DNA of 64,000 nucleotides from Orbicella franksi (Eukaryota): NCBI GenBank assembly GCA_964199315.1, contig OZ116698.1, positions 25,358,001 to 25,422,000 of the forward strand, read 5' to 3'. Shown piece by piece: positions 55,032 to 64,000 of this stretch (position 1 is its first letter; each line of letters starts with the position of its first letter). The notes under the pieces were generated by a model. It saw only the letters and a program-made list of their open reading frames with translations, ran no database searches and was not told where the DNA came from. The position numbers and the translations under genes were made by a program.

Positions 55032-56871
55032 TGTTCTTTCTGAAAGTGAAGAAAAAAATAAACAACTGAAAAAACGATTATACATGGTATGACCAGAAGA
55101 ATATTTCTTAATTAATGACTGTCGATCCTATTAGAGGGAACATCAGAACGCTTTGTCGGGAAAGAAGCAAAGAATTGAACTTAATTATTTTAGATCAAGA
55201 AACATCAAGTAATTTATTAATATCGAGGCTTGTTGAATTTGAACGTTTTTGACATGCATTCTGCTCTTAAACCAACTAGAGGTGTATAAAAACAAACAAA
55301 CAAAACAAAAAAACAAATGCAGTTTTAGATTAAGCGGTCACGTTAACAGTAAAATATTATACCATAACAACGAAAAAATATCATGTCCTAACGACACACT
55401 CAGAGATTTAGAAAAACAAAACAAAACAAAACAAAAAAACAAGGAAAATATCCATGAGAAATAAGAACTGCCTTTAAAGTTTACTTTTTCTCTCTGTTTC
55501 TATTTTGACAATTTTACTCTTCTTCTCTTACCTCTGATATGTTTAGTATTTTTAAAGGAGTTTTCAGTTCTTTCAGACGCCTGTTCTATCGGCTGTATTG
55601 TTTTAACTGTTTGTGTTAATCTTTTCTTTAAAGCATTAAACAAAGCGCTAGCCACCTATTGTGAGGTTTTGTCTCCAAATTGAATAGAATAACAGGTTGT
55701 TTTTGCACGTCAATTAGTAGTTACTTGAAACTGGTTCCAGTTAAAACCATGTGTTACCTGAGAATACACTGGCATTGTTGATAAATGGTGTAGTGTACAG
55801 CGTATATGGACTTATTGGTGATATCTTTCCAGAGAATGTCGCAAATGCCCTTTCCCACACTTTGGTTTTAGTTTCTTGACTTTCAAGCTGGCTTCAGTTT
55901 AAAATCGGCTTGATAACGACCTCTTGACGACAACTAAGCGTAGTTCTAGTTTTCAGTCACTATTTTTTGCTTGTAAATATTCAAGCTAAGTGAGTTAAGG
56001 AATGAGTCTATTTAGAGCCATTTTGTTTTACACGAATAGGTCTGTGCTTAAGGTTATTCCCCAGTTTTGTATTGCGCATCCCTACCGCGTATAATTTCAC
56101 GCGTGATTAGCGCGCGCGTATTAAAAAATGGCGGCTCTTTCTTTACAGCTGCACCTCGCCATAGAGGTAAATCGTCATTTTCTCGCAAACGAGTATAGTG
56201 ATCTATCATTCTTTTCTGTTATTTTGAACTGAGTAGTAAATTTCTCTGTGTAAAATAAATATGGACCAATTCTCAGTGTAGAACAAAAAGCAGTCGTCGG
56301 AAACGTAAATTTAGCAAGCAATCGTGACTACAATCATGGTGCTATTATAAGGATCTATATGGGTATAAACAAACAAGGTGCTGTTGCTCTTAAACGAACA
56401 TGGGGAAGTTCCTATAATATAAGCAATCAATAGGCAAAGTTTCACAAAAATCTCAGTGAAGGTTCTATTTCAGTGGAATGACCTTAAGTAAAGTTTTTGC
56501 TAAGGTATAGGTGCGCTGAGATCACTCCTTAGATGGAATGCTGTAGTCCCAGTTGAGCCCCAGGCATTTTGTCAGGTCTTGTAACAGGTTGCCGGTTCTC
56601 ATTTATACCAAGTGATTAGTTCCTAAGAACAATGTAATGATGAGTCGGTGGGCAATATGAAATGCTTGGTTTATATAATATCAACTTGAAGATGATATTT
56701 CAAATATTGGAAAGCTGACCTCTCGAGATTTAGCCCTTTGATGGAGTAATCAAAGGGCTCTTTGACCCAACGGCTGAATAAGTATATATTACGACTGAAA
56801 ACTTCTCAACCGCAAGAGCCATTCAGTTACATAACGTGCAATATTGTTGTCAAACAGCCAAACAGTTTTAA

Positions 56872-57174
56872 AGGTCGACACACACGAGAGGACTAGTCCC
56901 TGCGACCAGTCCCTACAACAAGTCGCGGGTACAAGTCCCATCGTGTGAAATAGCCGCTTTTGCTCAGTTCAAAATCTAGTCGCAGGGACCAAACTGTGGT
57001 CCTTACGACTAGTCCCGAAAGTTCAAACCAGTTTGAATTCGTGGGACTAGTCGCAAGGAGTAAAGTCCCTGCGACTTGTTTCTCAAACCTCTTCCTGTGA
57101 ACTGTTCGCGGGACAAGTCCCTGCGACTATGTCCCTTCGTGTTAACCCCTCAAGGGACTAGTGTGTGTCGACCT
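56872..57174. mobile_element. PIF/Harbinger-type palindromic MITE with internal gggactagtcgcaggga-like repeats
   Basis: Termini aggtcgacacacac / gtgtgtgtcgacct flanked by TAA on both sides; multiple internal agtccctgcgac units in both orientations. Confidence 0.75.
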
Positions 57175-57385
57175 TAACAGAAAATGGTGCTAGAAAGAAA
57201 AGGGATGTTAGACCTACAGTAGGCTTGAATTCCAGCAGTTTTGTGAGCCCGCGTTCCCGGAGTTGCCCCAACAGCCGTTCGTTGGGAGAAGGATAAACAA
57301 CCGAACTCCCGAAACGACTGGAAATCGAACCCAGACCCACAGCCGTTCTAACATGATTGAGTACAACGTTTCGAACGACCGATAG

Positions 57386-59463
57386 CAAAAGAGAAACGCA
57401 AAAAACTTCTCAGATGTCCACCAGTGGCAACAGCACATCGTCGCAACGTCACTGGTAGCTAGCAAGACTTTCGCAAGAACAGCAAGAAGAGCCATTTCTG
57501 TGCCATATACAGGAGCCATAATCGGGGACGGAGACCGTAAGCGCGCGCCATTTCAAGTATTGGGGTTGTCCCCATGATATGGGACAATAATTCTATTTTT
57601 AGAGCAGATTGCGCCATCGCCTGCAGCACACGCGCGTACATGCTGCGAGGATTTTTGCGGATGTCGCGCGGGGGAAATGGCGTCCGAAATTCCCGACATT
57701 TTTCATGTTTTTGGCCCACAACTCAACGCGTTTACGTCTTTTGGAATTTTGCTTAAGTATTTTCGTCGTAAGCTGCTCCAGTTTGAGTGAAGTAAGACAG
57801 TGTCGAATTTAGGTATGTTCCGCTTTAAGCTTAGATATATATCGCTGACCAAGTTGTGTTCCGACGGATGCTTCTTTTACATGAGCTGTACATTATTCCA
57901 CTTTAAATTTCACATATGTTGAAGATTAACAGCTTTTCCATTACACAGCAAAAAACTAGCTGGATATATTAAGATATAGCAGAGCTTCAGGACTTCACAG
58001 TTTCCTAGCTCCTCTTACCACACGCTTGCGAGGAATTTGCCAGTCTATCGCGACCGAAAAGTAAAACAAAATAATTGCTAGTTTGAGTTTCGTCTGAATT
58101 GTAAGCAACGCTTGATGTTTCATCAAGGCTCAATAACTTTACGTCCGTAGATACTGCTCAGTGTTATTTGTGTAAAAATCCAGTAAAGTCTCTGTTGTCG
58201 ATGAATGAGAGCGCCCGCCGATGCGTGTTTTCTACAGTCAGTAAACATGACAAATTGTACTTCCGCCGCACTTTCGTGTGAAAGCGTACATCGAACTCAA
58301 ACAATAACTCTATAGTTTTTAAACATGTTTAAGACTGATAAATGTTTGAAAACATATTAAAAGCTTAGCTGAAAATATGTGAATAAAGCAGAAATAATCA
58401 GCAAAGTTACGATGACGCTTTCTTTAATCAACTTCGAATGACGATTTCGATTTTGTTGATCGAGTTATCAAAACTCCTTGTCTATTTTCATTTTCGCAGT
58501 GTAAAACTTCACTATGCTTATGTTGAAGAAACACACGATGTTAGTAGCCTTTTTTGCGTTCGTGAAATTTGTTGAAGCATCTCAGCACAAAAGATAACGA
58601 AAGAAATCTCTGTCAAGAAGAGTCGGACTTGAAAGTGCACGAGCTGCACTATGCAAATGAGCTAATTGTACGCGTCAGACTTTCCTTTCGAAAACTTTTG
58701 CAAGCTCACCAAACAAGCAGAAACAATAAAAAACCATCAAAACAGGCTTTGGTTATGATTAACCATTGTCTGAGAAACTCACAAATTAACTCGATACCAG
58801 AGTAGAGAGTTTTCTTGCTATATTCTTAAGTGAGAACAAACGCAAAAACATACGCGTAAGCTTACAACTAGCGCGAGCAGATCTTATTATTCATTCCCGG
58901 CGCGAGATTGAAGTCTTGTTTTCGACCCTGGAAAAACGCACCTTTTCCGTTAGTTCAGAGCATAAAACTACATATAAGCGCTCTGGTTCGTATTTCCTGT
59001 CTTATTCCCTGCCATGGCTGTGAAAAATACGCAAGATAATCTCTCAACTCTCACCATTTGATCACCCAACGTGACAACATCCACGCGAGAGCCCCCGACA
59101 TGTGCGTGCATCCGCGCGGATATATGACGTCAGGATGGCGCAATTTGTTCTAAAAATAGAAAAATTGTCCCCTATCATAGGTTCGCGCGGATCCGAAGAC
59201 TTACGGTCTCCGTCCCCGATTATGGCTCCTGGCCATATACACATCCTTTGGATACAAACAGGGATTTGGCCCTACATTGGGCAGTATATCTGGAGCAATA
59301 CGACGACTATGAAACAGAACCGAAACTCGATGAGTTGCAACAAATTCGACTTACTACACTGAAATCATTCAAATTACCAGAGATTGCGGTCAAATTAGCT
59401 AACAAGTATAAGGGAGCACGAGTGACTGTCAAAAATCCCTATCAGTCAAAATCTTGTTTGTAA
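57386..59463 (+). pseudogene. Unknown reading frame (about 115 codons) split by the hAT insertion
   Basis: Removing 57510-59239 fuses 57386-57509 to 59240-59463 into one stop-free frame (QKRNAKNFSDVHQWQQH...AISVPY-THPLDTNRDLALHWAVYLEQY...KSCL*). No family recognised. Confidence 0.35.
57510..59231. mobile_element. Non-autonomous hAT-superfamily DNA transposon (1722 bp)
   Basis: Perfect 32-bp TIRs (57510-57541 / 59200-59231, CAGG...CCTG), imperfect subterminal inverted repeats and an exact 8-bp target-site duplication gccatata (57502-57509, 59232-59239). No transposase ORF inside. Confidence 0.9.
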
Positions 59464-59701
59464 CCGGCCATGGTTACACTCGATGAAAAGCAGAACACGC
59501 GGCCTGACGAGAAATACAGCGTGATCCCGCGTGAATCCCGCGTAGATTCCGTGATGTGTTCCTTTCCTTGATGAAAAGAAACTGGGAACGAAAGGGAATC
59601 CAACATGGCGCTGGAAGGGGATGTTTAATATACACGAACATATTTTGACGGCAAACTGCCAAATGTTTAAGACAAAAACGCCATGTGCATGATGTCACTG
59701 G

Positions 59702-59835
59702 TGTAGTGTATGTCCATATATGGTATTTCCTTATTTGGAAGTGACCATGTGCTTGAATAGAAGAGACCATCTAGAATGGCGGATTAAAACGTTGTGTTGT
59801 CAAATCCAGTCTCTGTTTGTTCCGCAAACACCACA
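59702..59835 (+). repeat. Probable 5' LTR of the Gypsy element
   Basis: Begins tgtagtgt and ends acaccaca (near-inverted TG...CA termini), followed by PBS-like tggcgacgagg (59839-59849) and the gag ATG at 59850. The second LTR is not in the window, so this cannot be confirmed. Confidence 0.6.
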
Positions 59836-59849
59836 TTTTGGCGACGAGG

Positions 59850-60980
59850 ATGGCGGTCACATTAAGTGGATTACCGTGCATATCTCCCTTCGACTGCATT
59901 GGGGAACCAGCCACACTGGCTCAACGCTGGGACAAGTGGAAAGCTGAGTTCGAACTATTTGTGGCAGCTTCGGGGGTTGAAGACAAAGTGCAAAAGCGAG
60001 CTCTACTTCTACATCTCGCAGGACCTGGAGTCCGTGAAATTTTCAAAACGTATTCAGCTGAAGTGCGAGGAGACAACAAAGAGTTCGATAAAGCGATGAA
60101 GTGTCTCTCGGACCATTTCAAAGTGAAGAAGAACGTACCTCTAGCGAGACAAAAACTGCTTGCCAGCCAGCCGAATCCGGGCGAAAAGATCAACAACTTC
60201 GTTACGCGTTTGAAAAGTTTAGCGGAACACTGTGACTATGGTGAAGAAGAAGATAACCAGGTGAGAGATATTGTGATTTCGCATATCACGAATAAGGAAC
60301 TGAAGGGCAAATTCTACCGCGAAGAAAACCTTAGTCTGACCAGACTTCTGGAAATCGTGAGCACCTATCACCATAAGGATGCCTTGGTTCTCGTAAGCGA
60401 AGAAACTGTGAATCGTACCTGGGAAGACCGAAGTAAGGGCGATAAAGGAGCGAAGAGCAAGCAGCCATGGCAAGGCAAATGTTGGAGATGCGATAAGACA
60501 GGTCACATGGCGAAAGATTGTAAAGTTTCTCGTAACCATACTTGCAGCAAATGTGGAAAACGTGGGCACATGGAGGTCTGTTGTCACACGAAACAGGATA
60601 AACATGGCAAAGGAAGAGGCAAATCTGGAAGAAAACGAGAAGGCGTACGAACCATAGGCGACCAGCCTGACCAAGATGACGTGGAAGGAAGCGAAGTCAG
60701 TAAAGATGATGGATTCTATGTCTTTAGCACCTCAGATGGTGAGTCAAACACTTTACCTCTTATGATTGAAAGTGAACCTGTCAATGTCATCATAGACTCA
60801 GGTGCTACCTGCAACTTAATGTCTGAGCAAGTGTTTGATAAAGTGTCCAATGGAACGCTAGAGTTGTTAGAGACTGACAGGAAAGTTTATGCTTATGCAT
60901 CTCAGCAGCCGTTAAAGCTTAGAGGAAAATGCATGTTGAACATTAGTGTACCTAATACACAAACGTCGTTGAACAGTTGA
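59850..60980 (+). pseudogene. Gag plus N-terminal half of the aspartic protease
   Basis: ORF with CWRCDKTGHMAKDC and CSKCGKRGHMEVCC knuckles and the DSG catalytic motif; stops at TGA 60978-60980, in the middle of the protease. Confidence 0.85.
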
Positions 60981-63739
60981 AAGCTGAGTTCTTCGTAATG
61001 CCAGGCTCCGCAGACACATTGCTGGGCAGGAGCTCTTCTGAAGAATTAGGTGTCTTGAAAGTGGGTGTTTCTGTGAACGCTTGTCAACTCAAAGATGTTA
61101 CTGATAAGAAGGCTGCCCTTAAGGCAAAGTACCCTCAAGTGTTTACTGGTCTTGGAAAATTGAGAAATTTCCAATTAAAACTGCATGTAGATGAAAGTGT
61201 CACCCCAGTTGCTCAAGCTATGCGAAGAATTCCGTTCAGCAGGAAACAAAAGGTTGTTGACAAACTAGAGGAACTTGAGAAGCTTGATGTGATAGAGAAA
61301 GTGAACGGTCCAACAAGTTGGATTAACCCCCTTGTTAGTGTCGAAAAGCCAAATGGTGATGTCCGCATATGTTTAGACATGAGACAAGCCAATCGAGCGA
61401 TATTAAGAGAAAAACACCCTGTGCCTACCATTGAAGAGACACTGCAAGAAATTTCAGGGGCAAAAGTGTTCTCCAAGTTAGATTTGAACATGGCATTTCA
61501 CCAAGTAGAACTTGCTCCAGAGTCAAGAGACATTACCACTTTTGCAGGACCTAATGGTCTTTACCGCTACAAACGTCTGATATTTGGTGTCAATATGGCC
61601 ACTGAGAAGTTCCAACACATCATCTGGCAGATACTCAAAGATTGCCCTGGCGCTCACAATATTCATGATGATATCCGTGTAGTTGGCGCTTCTGAAGAAG
61701 AACATGACGAAAGGTTGAATCAAGTCATGAAGAAATTAGAAGAGAGTGGCTTAACACTGAATTATGAAAAGTGCCAGATCGGCGTGAATAGCATGGAGTA
61801 CCTTGGTAACGTGTTAACTGACGAGGGATTACAAGTATCTGGTGACAAAGTTGAAGCCATTGTGCAAGCACCAAGACCAAAGGACCAGTCAGAGCTGCCA
61901 AGCTTCCTTGGTTTGGCACAATATTGTTCAAGGTTCATTCCAAGCTTTGCGATCATTGCCAGCCCTCTGTGGGATCTAACCAAATCACATGCCAAATGGA
62001 AATGGGGCACTGCTGAAGAGAAGGCTTTCCAAGCAGTCAAAATGCAGCTGACGCAGGCACCAGTCATGGCATTCTTCAAACAAGGAGCGGAGACCCGTGT
62101 CACCACAGACGCCTCACCAGTAGGTATCGGAGCTGTCTTGGAACAAAAGCAAGCTGATGGCCTGTACAGACCTGTACACTATGCTAGCCGAAAACTAACT
62201 CCACCCGAGAGCAGATATTCTCAGTTTGAGAGGGAGGCACTGGCGGTGAAGTGGGGCTGTGAGAAGTTCTTCCTGTACATCCATGGAAATGAGTTCGAAA
62301 TTTGCACTGACCATAAGCCGCTGGTCACTGTGTTTGGTCCACATTCAAAACCACCTTCAGCCAGAATTGAAAGATGGTTGTTATACATGCAGCAGTTCAA
62401 GTTTAGCATCAGACACATCCCTGGCAGAGAAAACGCCGCTGACGCATTGAGCAGATTGCCAGTAGATAGTACTCCTGATGCAGCCATCAAGCAGACAGAA
62501 GAATATGCACGCAGCATAGTTGCTGATGCCATACCTGCAGCATTAGCACCCCGCCAAGTTGAGAGAGAATCAGAGCGAGACCCTACCCTGCAACTGGTTC
62601 GCCATGCCATAACTTCTGGTGATTGGTCGAAACTCCAAGGAACAACCTACAAAGCTGTTAGAAATGAACTCTGGATAATGGGACAGCTGGTTATGAGAGG
62701 AAACAAAGTTGTCATTCCAGAAAAGTTGTGGAACCGGACCATTCAACTGGCTCATGAGGGTCACCAAGGGATGGTGCGAACGAAATCTCGATTAAGAGAG
62801 AAAGTATGGTGGCCAGACCTTGACAAACAAGTTGAAAAGTTAATCCGAGCCTGCTACCCATGCCAGCTGGTTGGACCCAGACCAAAGCCAGAACCAATAA
62901 GGTCAACACCACTGCCTCAAGGCCCATGGAGTGAAATTGCTGTGGACTTACTAGAGATTCCAAAGAAGGGACACTTGCTCGTTGTAGTTGACTATTATTC
63001 TAAGTGGCCAGAAATAGCTTTTCTGACCAAGACAGATGCAGGAAATGTGATCAAATGCATGGAGAGCATGTTTCGCACTCATGGTTTGCCTGAAACCCTC
63101 AGAAGTGATAATGGTCCACCGTTTGCTTCACGAGAATTTGAAGGATTCCTCGAGTACTTATCGATTGATCACAAGAAGGGCATCCCGTATTGGCCTCAAA
63201 GTGATGGCGAAGTAGAGAGGCTCAACAAAACCCTCCTGAAGGCAATCCGAATAGCACAACTACAAGGCAAAGATTGGAAGAGAGAAGTACAAGACTTTCT
63301 TTTCCAGTATCGCAGCACTCCCCATACAGTCACTTCACTATCTCCAGCTGAGCTCCTTATGGGCAGAAAGTTAAGAGATAAGTTGCCACAGGTTAAACCT
63401 TCTCGTGATCAGGCTACTGAAGCAGAGTGGCAAATTCTTCTCAGAGAAAGGTATGCTCGCAGGAAGCTAAGAGAGAAAGAGTATGCTGACTCAAAGAGAC
63501 ATGCCACAACAAGTGACATTGCAGAGGGCGACATGATCCTGCTACGTCAGAACCGCGAGAACAAGTTGTCACCAACATTTGAGCTCGAGCCGTATCGAGT
63601 AGTAGAGAAGAATGGAAATGCAGTTATCATTGAGAATTCTTCTGGCCAAAGTAAAATGAGGAATACTGGTCACATGAAGAAGTTTGTAGACCCAGGTGCT
63701 TCAGGAACTGAACCCCCGGCTCCGTCAAAAAACAACTGA
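60977..63739 (+). pseudogene. Pol (rest of protease, RT, RNase H, integrase)
   Basis: 920-codon frame with RT, RNase H and DDE integrase motifs. The natural C-terminal RPVRKRESPKWMKDF motif lies in a different frame (63696-63917), implying a second frameshift. Confidence 0.88.
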
Positions 63740-63890
63740 CACACCCAAAGAAGGAGCTAGTTTCGAGCAAGATTCGATGGATGGAATTCAGCCGGATTCC
63801 CAAAGACAAACTGTACCTTCTGCAGTTCCAGAAAAGCCAGATAGTCGTCCAGTCAGAAAAAGAGAGAGCCCTAAGTGGATGAAGGACTTT

Positions 63891-64000
63891 AGGGACCGTT
63901 CATTTTTTATAAGGTAGGGGGAGCTGGTGGGATTTGGGGGGGGGGGGCCATGCGAAAAAAAATGGCTTTCGAGGGGGGGCCATCCCAAAAAAATAAGGGA
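63891..64000. mobile_element. Left end of a probable MITE inserted at the 3' end of pol
   Basis: Abrupt switch after tta to gggaccgttcattttttat...G-runs, a Harbinger-like terminus; the other end is outside the window. Confidence 0.5.

Larger units (their letters stand above)
59702..63890 (+). mobile_element. Ty3/Gypsy LTR retrotransposon, frameshifted, 3' end interrupted
   Basis: Domain order gag (two CCHC knuckles), protease (IIDSGATCN), RT (CLDMR, NIHDDI), RNase H (TDAS, TDHKPL), integrase (HEGHQG...C..C, VDYYSKW, SDNGPPF, GEVERLN) is Gypsy-type. Confidence 0.95.

Noticed and set aside
56872-57174. CRISPR-like array of short repeats
   Set aside because: Repeats are irregularly spaced, occur in both orientations and lie inside TIRs with a TAA duplication, in a eukaryotic context with no cas genes.
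60960-60990. Programmed gag-pol ribosomal frameshift
   Set aside because: The break falls inside the protease rather than after gag, no slippery heptamer is evident, and an 8-bp deletion restores a single ORF.

Overview
Eukaryotic, intron-rich animal DNA, most likely a cnidarian (stony coral-like; inferred from gene content and repeat types, not proven). The main feature is three paralogous copies of a large secreted multidomain gene, which I reconstructed exon by exon from splice sites. Copy A (+, 5' end outside the window, ends 6595), copy B (-, 17433..7034, 13 coding exons, 1279 aa) and copy C (-, 55031..38636, 13 coding exons, 1269 aa) share one architecture: signal peptide, low-complexity pro-region with dibasic sites, conserved helical and Cys-rich module, MACPF pore-forming domain (WGTHxx6GG signature), an unassigned region, a FAMeT-like beta domain, a furin-like Cys repeat and a C-terminal pentraxin/LamG-like domain. 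The MACPF core is well conserved between copies while the pentraxin-like exon is highly divergent. This suggests a single-chain 'recognise-and-perforate' immune effector or toxin family, which is inference. Between B and C lies a housekeeping block: intronless CCDC115/VMA22, then PSMA4 head-to-head with EFL1 (one EFL1 intron is GC-AG). Introns of copy C hold a nested antisense secreted-protein gene and a decayed Kolobok-type transposon (THAP plus KolX/P2X7-ballast-like remnants). An intron of copy B holds a fold-back tRNA-SINE. The last 7 kb is a TE cluster: a MITE, a non-autonomous hAT element splitting an unknown ORF, and a frameshifted Ty3/Gypsy element interrupted by another MITE. No prokaryotic features or CRISPR arrays were seen.
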